Shown: positions 46,826 to 57,346, counted from the first letter of the stretch. The stretch: DNA of 62,454 bases from Pseudomonadota bacterium (GCA_021325135.1 JAJPHT010000042.1:1-62454), one strand, 5' to 3'. Notes: generated from the sequence alone by a model not told the origin. Translations and numbers: made by a program.

Positions 46826-47950
46826 TCACGGGGGCGCGACGCGGCGGATCGCATCGACGAAGCGCTCCACCTCAAGCTCCGTGTTGTAGAAGTAGGGCGA
46901 CACGCGGACGCGGCCGGGCCGGTGGTCCACGATGATCCCCTCGGCGGCGAGGGCCTTCACCGCGGCGGCGGGGTCCGCGAGGCGCACCATGACGATGCCG
47001 GCGCGCTCCCGCTCGTCCTCGGGCGTGGCGAGGTCATAGCCGACGTCTCGAAGCCGCTCGTAGAGGTCCCGCACCAGCGCGTTGGTCCTGCGGCGGATGG
47101 CCTCGGGCGTCGCCTCCAGGATGAGGTCCAGCCCCGCGGAGGCGGCGTAGACGGCAGCGGTGGCGGGCGTGCCCATCTCGAACTTCCGCGCGTTGAGGTG
47201 CGGCCGGAAGCTCGCGCTGTCGAAGGCGAACTGGTCCTGGTGGCCGAACCAGCCCGCGAGCGCGGGGTGAAGCTCCGCGTGAAGCTCGCGCCGCACGTAG
47301 AGGAACGCGACGCCCGGCCCGCCCAGGAGCCACTTGAGCCCGCCCGTGACGTAGGCGTCCACGCCAAGCTCGCGGACGTTGGTGGGAAGCTGGCCCGTCG
47401 CCTGGTACGCGTCGAGGAGCACCCGGGCGCCGCGCTTGTGGGCCAGGCGCGAGAGGGCGGCGGCGTCCTGGATCGCGCCGCTGGTGTAGAAGACGTGGCT
47501 CGTCGCGACCCAGCGCGTCTCGCCGTCCACGAGCGGCTCGTAGGCCTCCAGCGGCGTGCGCACGCCGTCGGGGCTCTTCGCCAGGCGCACCTCGAAGCCG
47601 GGCTTCGCCATCCACGCGTAGGGGATCGTGGGGAAGTCCATCTGCGCCGAGACGACGTTCCCCGCCTGCGGACCGCACGAGCCCAGCACGGCCAGCGCGC
47701 TGCTGACGTTGGGCAGGATGGCGACCTCGCCGGGCTCCGCGCCGATGACGCGCGCCACCTTCTCCCGCGTGGCCTGCACCTCGCCCAGCCAGATGCGGTA
47801 CCACGCCGAGGCGCCGTGCTCCTCCCAGAGGTCCAGGAAGCGGTTCACCGCCGCGCGGCTGCGGCGGGAGAGGGCCCCCAGCGAGCACGTGTTGAGGTAC
47901 GTCTTGCGCTGCAGCGTCGGGAACTCCGAGCGCGCGAGGGCCCAGTCCAC
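46826..47950 (-). CDS. Class V PLP aminotransferase (kynureninase/cysteine desulfurase-like)
   Basis: YLNTCSLG, LDAYQ, GGLKWLLGGPG (PLP Lys), FEMGTP, RVSPYFYNT. Confidence 0.88.
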   Translation of the reverse strand: MDWALARSEFPTLQRKTYLNTCSLGALSRRSRAAVNRFLDLWEEHGASAWYRIWLGEVQATREKVARVIGAEPGEVAILPNVSSALAVLGSCGPQAGNVVSAQMDFPTIPYAWMAKPGFEVRLAKSPDGVRTPLEAYEPLVDGETRWVATSHVFYTSGAIQDAAALSRLAHKRGARVLLDAYQATGQLPTNVRELGVDAYVTGGLKWLLGGPGVAFLYVRRELHAELHPALAGWFGHQDQFAFDSASFRPHLNARKFEMGTPATAAVYAASAGLDLILEATPEAIRRRTNALVRDLYERLRDVGYDLATPEDERERAGIVMVRLADPAAAVKALAAEGIIVDHRPGRVRVSPYFYNTELEVERFVDAIRRVAPP

Positions 47951-47993
47951 GGCGCGGGACGCGGCGGCGTGCGCATCAAGCTTGCCCGGCGCG

Positions 47994-49955
47994 TCACGCC
48001 GCCGCGCGCTTCGCCTTGGCCGCGGACCCGCGCGCCTGGCCCGCGAGGCGGGTCCGCTGCGTGACGTGGCCCAGATAGACGCACAGCGGCGCCGAGCCGA
48101 AGTAGGCCGTCCACACGACGGTCATGAGGACCGCCGCGACCATGAGCCCGAAGGGCGCGCCGCCGCTGCCGGAGAGCGCGAGCTTCGCGCCCATGGCGAG
48201 CATGAGGCCCGCCTGCAGGAGGCACACGAAGGACTCGACGGGCGCCACGCGCAGCGCCTGGAGCGCGGCCGCGCGGCGCGAGAGGCCCGCAGAGGAGCGC
48301 TTGGGCGTGCGGTGGAACGGGCGCGGGACGCCCAGGAGCGCGGCCCATGCGGCGGTCGCGTTCATGAGCTTGCCCGACCACCCCAGTGCGACGAGGCCCG
48401 CGACCTCCCGCAGGCCGATCCCCAGGAGGCGGCGCATGGTGAACGCGGAGCGCAGCATGTTCTCCAGGATGACGAGGATGGGGATGAGGCCCACGAAGAC
48501 GAGGTCGTGGACGGGAAGCGAATCCAGCGCGCCCGAGAGGAACGCGGCGGCGAAGAAGGTCATGCTCGTCGCGAAGAGGAGCGCCAGCGACCCGTCGAGC
48601 CAGAAGACGGGCCCGTAGAGGTAGTGCGCCTTCTGGCTGGGCGTCATGCGGCCCAGCACGATGCGCCTTCCGTGGTCGCGCAGGATGCGCGCTCCCCCGT
48701 AGGCCCACCGGGCCTGCTGCCGCCGGAACGCCTCCTGCGTGGGCGTCTGGAGCCCCTTGCCGTACACCTTGGGGACGTAGAGGCTCGTCCATCCGTCCAT
48801 GAGCATGCGGCAGGAGAGGTCGACGTCCTCCCCCACGTGCCCGTCGGTCCAGCCCCCGACCTCTAGGAGGGCCTGCTTGCGCACGATGCCCATCGTGCCG
48901 CAGAAGAGGATCGCGTTGCCCTCGTTGCGCGTGCGCATCATGCTCGCGTAGAAGAAGTGCTCCATGAGGGTCGCGTAGCGCGCGGTGAAGGACTCGTCCG
49001 GGTTGCTGTAGTCGAGCTTCGTCTGGACGAACGAGAGCTTCGGGTCGGCGAAGTAGCCGACGTTGTCGCGCAGGAAGCCAGGGTCGGCCACGAAGTCCGC
49101 GTCCACGACGGCGATCAGCTCGACGTCGGGCGGCGTCGCGCGCAGCGCGCCGTTGAGCGCGCCCGCCTTGAACCCCTCGCGCCGCTCGCGGTGGAGGAAC
49201 TCGATGCCGCGCGCCTCGCACGCCTCGCGGAGCGCCTCCACGTCCGCGGCGCTCGTGGAGTCGTCGACCAGCACGACGTGGAGCTTCTCGCGCGGATAGT
49301 CCTGCGCGACGAGGCTGTCGAGCGTGCGCGCCACGACCTCGGGCGGCTCGTCGTAGCACGCCACGTGGATCGCGACCTTCGGCTGGAACGCGGGGTCGTG
49401 GCGCGCCCGAGACGCGGTCCGCAGCCACTCCCGGCGCACGAGGCCGTCGAGCATGTACGTCGCGACCGCGCAGACGAGGAGGAGCGCGAGAAGCTGCGCC
49501 GCCAGCAGCAGCACGAGGGCGCCTCCGAAGGGCGTGGGCCTCGCGAGGAAGGCGCCGACGCGCGCGGTCACGAGGAACGCGGCCCACCCCGTGCACGCGA
49601 GCACCAGGGCCGCGAGCACGCAGACGCCCGCGGGGTGCCAGCCGGCCCGCGCGCCCGAGACCCAGGCGACGCCGGCGCCGACGAGCATGACGAGGGCCAG
49701 CGCCCAGGGGACCCCGCCCAGGAGCGCGGCGGGCTGCGCAAGCTCCGCCCCGCGGCCCAGGACGACGAGGCCCGCCGCGTAGAGGAGCGCGCCCCCGGCC
49801 GCCCCCGCGCCCGCCCAGACCGCGGGGCGCATGACGGGGCCTTGGCGAAGCTCGTCCCTCCAGGCGACGAGGGCGATGGCGGAGGCCGAGAGCGCCACGA
49901 TGCCGCCAAGGACGGCCGCAAGGGGCTCGGCCAGCAGCGGGCCGGACGCGGTCAT
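47994..49955 (-). CDS. Processive GT2 glycosyltransferase (cellulose/beta-glucan synthase-like)
   Basis: DDS, GFKAGALN, VDAD, FVQT, FCGT, GED, QQARW motifs; N- and C-terminal TM helices. Confidence 0.85.
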   Translation of the reverse strand: MTASGPLLAEPLAAVLGGIVALSASAIALVAWRDELRQGPVMRPAVWAGAGAAGGALLYAAGLVVLGRGAELAQPAALLGGVPWALALVMLVGAGVAWVSGARAGWHPAGVCVLAALVLACTGWAAFLVTARVGAFLARPTPFGGALVLLLAAQLLALLLVCAVATYMLDGLVRREWLRTASRARHDPAFQPKVAIHVACYDEPPEVVARTLDSLVAQDYPREKLHVVLVDDSTSAADVEALREACEARGIEFLHRERREGFKAGALNGALRATPPDVELIAVVDADFVADPGFLRDNVGYFADPKLSFVQTKLDYSNPDESFTARYATLMEHFFYASMMRTRNEGNAILFCGTMGIVRKQALLEVGGWTDGHVGEDVDLSCRMLMDGWTSLYVPKVYGKGLQTPTQEAFRRQQARWAYGGARILRDHGRRIVLGRMTPSQKAHYLYGPVFWLDGSLALLFATSMTFFAAAFLSGALDSLPVHDLVFVGLIPILVILENMLRSAFTMRRLLGIGLREVAGLVALGWSGKLMNATAAWAALLGVPRPFHRTPKRSSAGLSRRAAALQALRVAPVESFVCLLQAGLMLAMGAKLALSGSGGAPFGLMVAAVLMTVVWTAYFGSAPLCVYLGHVTQRTRLAGQARGSAAKAKRAAA

Positions 49956-50052
49956 GGCCGGGCGCTGGGCGGGCCAGATGGAGTCGTTTGTGGTGCAACG
50001 CGATGGTCGTATGGCAAGCGTTTTCCCCCTCGGCAAGCCTGCTGGACGCTGC

Positions 50053-50523
50053 ATGCTTGGCACGCGCGAGCGCATCCTCACGCCTGAAGGCGACGCGCAT
50101 CGCTTCACGGAGACCTGCTTCGCGCTCTCCAGCGGGACGCGCATCGGGGCGCTCATGACGCTCCTCCACGCCGAGGAGCCGCTCCACATCCGCGAGGTCG
50201 CGCGCCGCGTCGGCACCGACCCGTCCCCCGTGAGGACGCACCTCGACCTCCTCGTGAAGACGGGGCTCGCCCGCGAGATCCCCGACCCCACGCGCGAGCG
50301 CCGCTTCGTCGCCGACGTCTCCGGCCTGCGCCTCGTGCTGACGCCGCCCGCGCGCCCCGCGGACGTGCCCGCGTCGCTCCCGCCCTCCAAGGCCATCCAC
50401 AAGGCGACCGACAAGATCCGCGGCCTGGAGGAGAAGCTTCACCGCATCGAGCGCGAGATCGTGGAGCTGCACGAGGAGCGGGCGGCCCTCTGGAAGGCGC
50501 TGGCGCAGGAGCGCCCCTCGTGA
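50053..50523 (+). CDS. ArsR-type HTH regulator with C-terminal coiled coil
   Basis: FALSSGTRI...HIREVARRVG..PSPVRTHLDLLVKTGL. Confidence 0.75.
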   Translation: MLGTRERILTPEGDAHRFTETCFALSSGTRIGALMTLLHAEEPLHIREVARRVGTDPSPVRTHLDLLVKTGLAREIPDPTRERRFVADVSGLRLVLTPPARPADVPASLPPSKAIHKATDKIRGLEEKLHRIEREIVELHEERAALWKALAQERPS

Positions 50524-51413
50524 GCGCGCCCGGCGTCCCCCTCATCTACAACCCCCGCTCCGGAGGCGGGCGCGGCGAGCGGCGCATGGAGGCCGCGCGG
50601 GGGCTCCTGCGCGCCCGCGGCGTCGCCACGCGCCCCGTGCCCACCATCGCGCCGGGCGACGCGACGCGCCTCGCCGAGGAGCAGGCGCGCCACGGCGCGA
50701 CGCGCATCCTCGTGGTGGGCGGCGACGGCACGTGCAGCGAGGTGGCGGAGGGCATCCTGCGCTCGGGGAAGCCCGTGGAGATGGGCCCGCTCCCCGGGGG
50801 CACGGGGAACGACTTCCTGCTGAGCCTCGGCGTGCGCACCCTGGAGGAGGCGGCCGCGCGCATCGCGCGGGGCGAGCCTCGCCTGCTCGACGCGGGCATG
50901 GCGCGCTGGGAGGCGGGCCAGTCGCGCGGCTTCCTGGGCGTCTTCGGCACGGGCTTCATGGCGAAGGTGTGCGACCTGGCGAACCGCCGCTACAAGTGGG
51001 CCGGCGCGCGCTCCTACTCGCTGGCCGTCTTCCCCGAGGTGGCGCGCCTCGCGAGCCCGGCCACGCGCCTCGTCCTCGACGGGCGCGACGAGAGCGGCCC
51101 CTACGCGCTCGTCGCCGTCTGCAACGTCTCGCGCATGGGCGGCGGCATGCTCATCGCGCCCGACGCGAGCCCGGAGGACGGCCTCTTCGACGTGATCGCG
51201 CTGCGGCAGGTGGGGCGGGCCCGGCTGCTGCGCCTCTTCCCGCTCCTCTTCAGCGGCCGCCACGTGGGGCGCCCCGAGGTGCTGGTGGCCCGCGCGCGCA
51301 AGGTCGAGATCGCGCCCGCGGAGCCCTCTCCCCTCCTGGGGGACGGCGAGGTGTACGGCCGCACGCCCGTCGAGGTCGAGCTTCTCCCCCGCGCCCTGCG
51401 CGTGCTCGCGTGA
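50520..51413 (+). CDS. Diacylglycerol kinase family (YegS/DgkB-like) lipid kinase
   Basis: YNPRSG, GGDGT, PGGTGNDF, GDGE. Confidence 0.9.
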   Translation: MSAPGVPLIYNPRSGGGRGERRMEAARGLLRARGVATRPVPTIAPGDATRLAEEQARHGATRILVVGGDGTCSEVAEGILRSGKPVEMGPLPGGTGNDFLLSLGVRTLEEAAARIARGEPRLLDAGMARWEAGQSRGFLGVFGTGFMAKVCDLANRRYKWAGARSYSLAVFPEVARLASPATRLVLDGRDESGPYALVAVCNVSRMGGGMLIAPDASPEDGLFDVIALRQVGRARLLRLFPLLFSGRHVGRPEVLVARARKVEIAPAEPSPLLGDGEVYGRTPVEVELLPRALRVLA

Positions 51414-51475
51414 GCGGCCCACCCATCGATGGATGGGCGGGAACCCTTGACTGCGGGGCGGCGCAACGCGCGCGC

Positions 51476-51613
51476 ATGGTCGACAACGAGCCCGTTCCGA
51501 AGCCCCAGCCTGGCAAGCCGACGGGCGTCCGCGAGCCCGACAACACGCGCCCGCCCGCCGAGCCCACGCCCCAAAAGCCGATGCAGCCGCAGAGCGCGCA
51601 GGACGGGGTGTAG
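51476..51613 (+). CDS. Small disordered Pro-rich protein
   Basis: 45 aa, first of three tandem hydrophilic ORFs. Confidence 0.45.
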   Translation: MVDNEPVPKPQPGKPTGVREPDNTRPPAEPTPQKPMQPQSAQDGV

Positions 51614-51614
51614 C

Positions 51615-51884
51615 GTGGAGAAGGAGAAGAAGCGCTTCCCCCCCGTGGGGCCCTACGACCCGCCGCTGCCCACCGAGGCCGACGACGAGCGCAACGAGCC
51701 CATGGCCGTCGCGCGCGACCGGACGACGTCGGAGGACTCGTTCATGCCCACCACCGCGCCCACCCCGTCCCGCGAGCGCCCGCAGGAGGAGAGGAAGACC
51801 GTCGCGGAGGAGCGGCACCCTCCAGGCTTCCGCGCCAGCGAGGAGCCCGGGTTCCTTGAGGTCGACGAGGAGGCGAAGGAGTGA
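51615..51884 (+). CDS. Small disordered acidic protein
   Basis: GTG 1 nt after the previous stop; E/P/R-rich. Confidence 0.5.
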   Translation: MEKEKKRFPPVGPYDPPLPTEADDERNEPMAVARDRTTSEDSFMPTTAPTPSRERPQEERKTVAEERHPPGFRASEEPGFLEVDEEAKE

Positions 51885-52066
51885 GTCCCCGCAAGCCGCC
51901 CATGGCCGAGGAGGCCCCGGGCGAGCCCGAGAGCGCCGCCGAGCCAGACACGAGCGCGCAGCAGCGCGAGCTGCAGGAGAGCTTCGAGTCTCCCCCTCCC
52001 CGCCGGGCGACCGGCGAGACCAGCAACGTCCGGCAGATGCAGGAGAGCGACGAGGACCTCGGCTGA
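51881..52066 (+). CDS. Small disordered acidic protein
   Basis: GTGA overlap with the previous ORF; E/S/P-rich. Confidence 0.5.
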   Translation: MSPRKPPMAEEAPGEPESAAEPDTSAQQRELQESFESPPPRRATGETSNVRQMQESDEDLG

Positions 52067-52067
52067 G

Positions 52068-52898
52068 TCAAAGGAAGCCGAGCCCGGGGCGCATGGGGAA
52101 GGCGTGGTCCAGCGCGTCGATGGCGTCCTTGGGCAGCGCGAAGCCGCCCCCGGCGTTCTCCTGCACGTGCTCCACCTTCTCGGCCTTGGGGATGACGAAC
52201 ACGTCCGGGTCGCGGGAGAGGAACGCCAGCGCGACCTGCCGCGGCGTCTTGCCCAGCCGCTTCGCGATTTCCGCCAGCGCGCGGCCCCCCTTGCTCGCGG
52301 GCGAGGGGAAGCCGTTGGTGCTCCCGAAGGGCGAGTAGCCCACGACGGCGACCTTGTTGCGCCGGCACCAGGGGAGCACCGCGCTCTCGATGCCGCGCTG
52401 CTCCAGGTGGTAGAGCACCTGGTTGCACGCCAGCCGGTGCGCGCCCAGGGCGCCCTTGGCCTCCTCCAATTCGTCCACGTCGAAGTTGGAGACGCCCGCC
52501 CAGCGCACCTTGCCCGAGTCGATGAGCTCGCCCATGGCGCGCATCGTCTCGCCGATGGGGTGCGAGCCGTCGTTCCAGTGGAGGAGGTACACGTCCAGCC
52601 GGTCCGTGCCGAGGCGCTGGAGCGACTGCTCGCACGCCTTCATCGTGCCCTCGAACGACGCGTGGCGCGGGAGCACCTTGCTCACCAGGAACACCTCGTC
52701 GCGGCGCCCCTGGATGGCCTCGCCCACGACCTGCTCGCTGCCGGTGTAGAGCTCCGCCGTGTCCACGTGCGTCATGCCCAGGTCGAGTCCCGCCTTGAGC
52801 GCGTCCAGCGCCGCGCGGCGGTCGCGAAGCTGCCACGTGCCCTGCCCGACGACGGGGACCTGGACGCCGGTGGGGCCGAAGGGGCGCTTGGGGATCAT
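52068..52898 (-). CDS. Aldo/keto reductase (YeaE-like)
   Basis: GQGTW, DTAELY, LVSKV, DVYLLHW, GVSNF, VIPKA. Confidence 0.9.
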   Translation of the reverse strand: MIPKRPFGPTGVQVPVVGQGTWQLRDRRAALDALKAGLDLGMTHVDTAELYTGSEQVVGEAIQGRRDEVFLVSKVLPRHASFEGTMKACEQSLQRLGTDRLDVYLLHWNDGSHPIGETMRAMGELIDSGKVRWAGVSNFDVDELEEAKGALGAHRLACNQVLYHLEQRGIESAVLPWCRRNKVAVVGYSPFGSTNGFPSPASKGGRALAEIAKRLGKTPRQVALAFLSRDPDVFVIPKAEKVEHVQENAGGGFALPKDAIDALDHAFPMRPGLGFL

Positions 52899-52972
52899 GC
52901 GGCCGGGAGCGCGCCCCGGCGCTTCAACTTGGCTGCGCGAGCCTTCATGGGGCCGGGCGCGGCTGCCGCAGC

Positions 52973-53701
52973 GTGGGTCCCCAGGGACGCCGCGCGTGGG
53001 CGCGTGGAGCGCGGCTCGCGGCCGTCTGCGCCATCTCCTTCGGCGCCGTGACCGGCGTGAGCGCGCGCCTCGTCGCGTCGGAGGCCGTCTCCCTGCGCGC
53101 GCTCGCCGCCGCGGCCGGCTTCGCGTTCCTCGTCCTCTGGCCGCTCCTTGCGCTCGCGGTCTACGCGTCAGAGCGGTGGCTCGGGCTGGAGCCGCTTCCG
53201 TGGCTCTACGAGCCCGAAGGCGGGCGCCGCCCCTGGCATCTCCTCGTGGTCGTCGCGGGCACCGTCGCCGCGATGTTCGCCGCCTCGCTCCTGGCCCTCG
53301 CGATCCTCCCCGCGCTCCCGCCGCCCCAGGGGCCGGTCACGGAGTACGCGCAGATGAGCGCCCTCTCGCGGGGCATGGTCGCGACGACGGGCGTCTGGGA
53401 GGAGGGCGTCTTCCGCCTCGCGCTCCTCTTCCCGCTGGCGGCCGCGCTGGGCGTCCGCAACGCGTCGCGCCGCGTGGTGCCCCTGGGCCTCGCGGTGGCC
53501 ATCCTCGTCACGGGCGCGCTCTTCGCGGCGGCGCACCTGCCCAACGTCACCAACGCGGACTCCGCCTACGTTCTCTTCACGTTCGTCCAGAAGGGCCTCC
53601 TCGTGGGCGGCATCCTGGGCCTCGTGGCGTGGCGCTGGGGCGTCGAGGCCGCCGTGCTCGCGCACGTCGCGTTCGACGCCATCGCGCTGCTGGCGGCTTG
53701 A
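52973..53701 (+). CDS. CPBP (Abi/CAAX-type) intramembrane metalloprotease
   Basis: WEEGVFR, LFAAAH, AVLAHVAFD motifs; start uncertain. Confidence 0.75.
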   Translation: MGPQGRRAWARGARLAAVCAISFGAVTGVSARLVASEAVSLRALAAAAGFAFLVLWPLLALAVYASERWLGLEPLPWLYEPEGGRRPWHLLVVVAGTVAAMFAASLLALAILPALPPPQGPVTEYAQMSALSRGMVATTGVWEEGVFRLALLFPLAAALGVRNASRRVVPLGLAVAILVTGALFAAAHLPNVTNADSAYVLFTFVQKGLLVGGILGLVAWRWGVEAAVLAHVAFDAIALLAA

Positions 53702-53703
53702 CG

Positions 53704-54852
53704 TCAGGAGCGCCGCTCAAGGGGCGCGTACTTCCGGTCGCGGGGCCCGACGTACTCGGACTGCGGGCGGATGAGCTTGCCAAGCGCCTGCTGCTCGAAG
53801 CCGTGGGCCGTCCAGCCCGCGACGCGGCCGATGGCGAAGCAGGGCGTGAAGAGGTCCGTGGGAAGCTCGATGCCGTGGAGCACGAGCGCGGTGTAGAACT
53901 CCACGTTCGTCTTGAGGCTGCGGCCCGGCTTGTGCTCCTCCAGGAGGCGCAGCGCGGTCGCCTCGACGTGCGTGGCGAGGTCGTAGAGCCGCTTGTCGGC
54001 GTCCCCCTTGTAGAGCGCCTTGGCGGCGCCGTTGAGCACGTCCGCGCGGGGATCGCGCACCTTGTAGACGCGGTGGCCGAAGCCCATGAGGCGCTCGCCG
54101 CGCGCGAGCTTGGCGCGCAGCACCTCCTCGGCGCGCGCCTTCTCGCCGATCTCGAAGACCATGTCCAGCGCGGGGCCGGGCGCGCCGCCGTGGAGCGGGC
54201 CCTTGAGCGCGCCGATGGCGCCGGTGATGGCGCTCACGACGTCGCTTCCCGTGCTGACGATCACGCGCGCCGTGAACGTGCTGGCGTTGAAGCCGTGGTC
54301 GGAGACGGTGTTGAGGTACGTCTCCAGCGCGCGGGCGCGCTCGGGGCTGGGCGCCTTCCCCTGGAGCATGAACAGGAAATTCGCCGCGTGGCCGAGGCCC
54401 GGGTCCGCGGGGATGGGTTCCTTGCCCTCCAGGAGGCGCCAGTAGGAGGCGACGATGACGGGGAAGCGCGCGACGACGGCCTTCGCGTCCCTCCGGGGGT
54501 CCGTGGACTCCGTCTCGCCGTGCGCGCGCAGCGAGAGCGTGCTCGCGGCCATGCGCAGCGCGTCGATGACGGGCGCCTTCTGGGCCGCCGCGTCGCGCAG
54601 GAGGCGCGTCGTCGCGACGGGCAGCGTGCGCAGCGAGGCCAGCTCGCGGCGGAGGTCCTCCAGCTCGCGGGCGTTGGGCAGGCGGTCGTTCCAGAGGAGG
54701 AAGACCATCTCCTCGAAGGAGGCCTTGGGCGCGATCTCCTCCACGGGGAAGCCGGCGATGACGAGGACGCCGTTCTGGCCGTCGACGAGGGAGAGGCGCG
54801 TCTGCGCGGCGACGACCCCTTCGAGGCCGACCGCGGGCTTGGAGTCGGGCAT
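53704..54852 (-). CDS. Citrate / 2-methylcitrate synthase
   Basis: GLEGV, DHGFNASTF, GPLHGGA, GFGHRVYK..DPRA, NVEFY. Confidence 0.92.
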   Translation of the reverse strand: MPDSKPAVGLEGVVAAQTRLSLVDGQNGVLVIAGFPVEEIAPKASFEEMVFLLWNDRLPNARELEDLRRELASLRTLPVATTRLLRDAAAQKAPVIDALRMAASTLSLRAHGETESTDPRRDAKAVVARFPVIVASYWRLLEGKEPIPADPGLGHAANFLFMLQGKAPSPERARALETYLNTVSDHGFNASTFTARVIVSTGSDVVSAITGAIGALKGPLHGGAPGPALDMVFEIGEKARAEEVLRAKLARGERLMGFGHRVYKVRDPRADVLNGAAKALYKGDADKRLYDLATHVEATALRLLEEHKPGRSLKTNVEFYTALVLHGIELPTDLFTPCFAIGRVAGWTAHGFEQQALGKLIRPQSEYVGPRDRKYAPLERRS

Positions 54853-55070
54853 ACGGCCGGGAGAAAGGCGCGGAGGGGAAAAGGGTGGCGGTCACCGGGG
54901 CCTTGCATCTCCGTTCTCTTGTCCTTCTCTGGGCTCGACGGTGTTCTCCTTCTTGTCACGTCTGGACGCGACGACGCCACGGTGCCACGATGCGACGCTT
55001 GGGGGAATCGTCGCGTTGAGGCGTGACGAGAGCGAGGGGGCGGAGCCCGCGCCTTGGAGGGCCAGGAGGG

Positions 55071-55790
55071 TCACCGGGCTCCGAGGGCGCGGACGCGCGC
55101 CTCCAGGTCCGCCGCGACGCGCTTCCACCCTTCGCGGTCGTCGGGGATCTCTCCGTAGCGCACGGGGTCCCCCAGGCGCACCCGGAGGGGCGCGAGGTGG
55201 GGGCGCGTGGCGCCCTTGGGCAGCACGTCGCGGCTCCCCTCGATCCACGCGGGCACGGCGGGCCACTCCTTTCCCGCGAGGAGGAGCCCGACGCCCTTCT
55301 TGAACGGCCCCATGGCGCCCGTCGCGCTGCGGGTGCCCTCGGGGAAGAGGATGACCCCGCGCCCCTCGCGCAGGAGGTCCAGCCCGTCGCGCATGGCGAG
55401 GTCCGCGTGGGCGCCGCGGTCGATGGGCAGGGCGTTGAGAAGCACGTGGACCGTGGAGCCCACGAGGCGGCGCTTGAAGAAGTAGTCCTGCGCGGCCAGC
55501 GGGTGCGTGTCGTTCACGCGGCGCAGCGGCAGCGCGGCCATGAGCGCGGGGGTGTCCGCGTGGCCGTTGTGGTTGGCGACGAGGACGAACGCTCCTTTCC
55601 TGGGGATCGCGGCGCGGTTCTCCACGCGGAAGCGCCAGCCGGCGCGCAGCGCGCCGCGGAACGCGACGTGCAGGGGCGCGCGCACGAGGCGCGCGCCGAA
55701 GTCGGAGCGCGCGAGGTCCGCCGCGCCGCGGGTGGGCGGCGGCGCGTACTCCCACGCCTCGGGCTCGTCCAGGTCGCGCATGCCGCTCAC
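55071..55790 (-). CDS. plsC: 1-acyl-sn-glycerol-3-phosphate acyltransferase (PlsC/LPLAT family)
   Basis: ANHNGHAD (HxxxxD), FPEGTRS, FKKG; GTGA overlap with the upstream gene. Confidence 0.85.
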   Translation of the reverse strand: MSGMRDLDEPEAWEYAPPPTRGAADLARSDFGARLVRAPLHVAFRGALRAGWRFRVENRAAIPRKGAFVLVANHNGHADTPALMAALPLRRVNDTHPLAAQDYFFKRRLVGSTVHVLLNALPIDRGAHADLAMRDGLDLLREGRGVILFPEGTRSATGAMGPFKKGVGLLLAGKEWPAVPAWIEGSRDVLPKGATRPHLAPLRVRLGDPVRYGEIPDDREGWKRVAADLEARVRALGAR

Positions 55791-56722
55791 GTGAAGAAAT
55801 AGCGCGTGTAGTGGAAAAAGATGGGCGCCGCGAAGAGGAGGCTGTTGAGCCGGTCGAGGATGCCGCCGTGGCCCGGGATCAGGTGGCTCCAGTCCTTGAT
55901 GCCCAGGTCGCGCTTGATCACCGAGAGCGCGAGGTCGCCCATGGTGGCGCCCACGGCGATGAGGGCCGCGACGATGGCGAGGTGCGCCGTGGAGTAGACC
56001 GGCACGAGCCAGCGCAGCGCGAAGGCCGCGGCCATGACGACGACGAACGCGCCAAGGGTGCCTTCCCACGTCTTCCCCGGCGAGAGGGTGGGCCGCAGCT
56101 TGTGGCGGCCGAAGAGCTTGCCGCTCACGAAGGCCGCCACGTCGTGCAGCGCGACGAGGAAGACGAGGAAGAGCACGAGGCCCGTGCCGCCGGGAAGGTT
56201 GTCCAGGAACGCAAGGTGCGCGAGGAGCCAGCCGCAGTAGAGGAGCCCGAGGATCGCGAGGCAGCACTGCTGGAGCATGCGCTCGTGCTTGCCGCGCACG
56301 ATGGGCACCGCGAGCACGAACAGGATGCCGTAGATGGGCATCGCCATGAAGAGGCCGTACCACCCCAGGCCCGGCGTCGCGGCGTCGTAGGGCCACCAGG
56401 CGGCGAGGGAGATGAGGAGGACGAAGGCGTACACGACGCCCTGGAACCAGCGGTCCATCCAGAGGCCCACGGCGCGCGCGTACTCGCGGAACGCCAGGAG
56501 GCCCAGGAGCGCGACGAGGGCGATCCACCATGGGCGGCCCAGCGCGAGCGCGCCCAGGAGGAGCGCGGCCATGACGAGCCACGCCGCGTAGCGCGCGACG
56601 ATCTCCCGCGCAAGGGGCGGGTCGCGGCGGCGCAGGCCCAGCCACGCGAGGCCGACGCCCACGAGGGCCGCGAGCAGGACGCCGCCCAGGATCGGCGCGA
56701 AGCGCGCGAGCGTCGCGTCCAT
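55787..56722 (-). CDS. Phosphatidate cytidylyltransferase (CdsA/YnbB-like)
   Basis: [38 protein letters not shown]. Confidence 0.9.
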   Translation of the reverse strand: MDATLARFAPILGGVLLAALVGVGLAWLGLRRRDPPLAREIVARYAAWLVMAALLLGALALGRPWWIALVALLGLLAFREYARAVGLWMDRWFQGVVYAFVLLISLAAWWPYDAATPGLGWYGLFMAMPIYGILFVLAVPIVRGKHERMLQQCCLAILGLLYCGWLLAHLAFLDNLPGGTGLVLFLVFLVALHDVAAFVSGKLFGRHKLRPTLSPGKTWEGTLGAFVVVMAAAFALRWLVPVYSTAHLAIVAALIAVGATMGDLALSVIKRDLGIKDWSHLIPGHGGILDRLNSLLFAAPIFFHYTRYFFT

Positions 56723-57322
56723 CTACGGGCCCTCCCCGAGGCGGCCCCACGCGAGGCGCACGCGATTGGCCAGCGTGACCAGGGCGAGGGCCGCCATGAG
56801 CCAGCACGTCCACAAGAGCGCCTGCGCGATGCCCGCGAAGGCGAGGACGCAGCCCAGCGCCAGGAGCGCCATGCGGTCGGCCTTCCCCATGGGGCCCGCG
56901 TAGTTGCGGACGCCGCCCGCGGCCTTCTCCAGGATGCCCGCGTAGGAGACGAGGAGCGTGGCCACGAGGGCGGCGGCGCCCGCGACCAGGGGGACCGCGC
57001 CGCTCAGGGCCAGCGCGCCCAGGATCAGCGTGTCGCTCACGCGGTCGGAAAGCTCGTTGACCAATTCGCCGCGGCGCGAGGAGGAGCCCTGCGCCTGCGC
57101 GAGCATGCCGTCCAGCGCGTTGAGCGCGAGCCGCACGAAGACGAGGAGCGGCACGAGGAGCCAGAGCCAGTGGCGCTGGGGCGCCAAGAGGAGCGCCACA
57201 GCGGCCAGCGCGGCGACGCCCACCGCGGCGAGGCTCACCGCGTTGGGGCTCAGGCGCGGGAAGGCGCGCAGCAGAGGAGCGAGGCTGCGGCGGAAGGCGG
57301 GCTTGAGGCCGTAGATGCCCAC
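56723..57322 (-). CDS. CDP-alcohol phosphatidyltransferase (YnbA-like)
   Basis: [43 protein letters not shown]. Confidence 0.88.
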   Translation of the reverse strand: MGIYGLKPAFRRSLAPLLRAFPRLSPNAVSLAAVGVAALAAVALLLAPQRHWLWLLVPLLVFVRLALNALDGMLAQAQGSSSRRGELVNELSDRVSDTLILGALALSGAVPLVAGAAALVATLLVSYAGILEKAAGGVRNYAGPMGKADRMALLALGCVLAFAGIAQALLWTCWLMAALALVTLANRVRLAWGRLGEGP

Positions 57323-57346
57323 GGGGGACCACCTCGCTGGGGGCTC

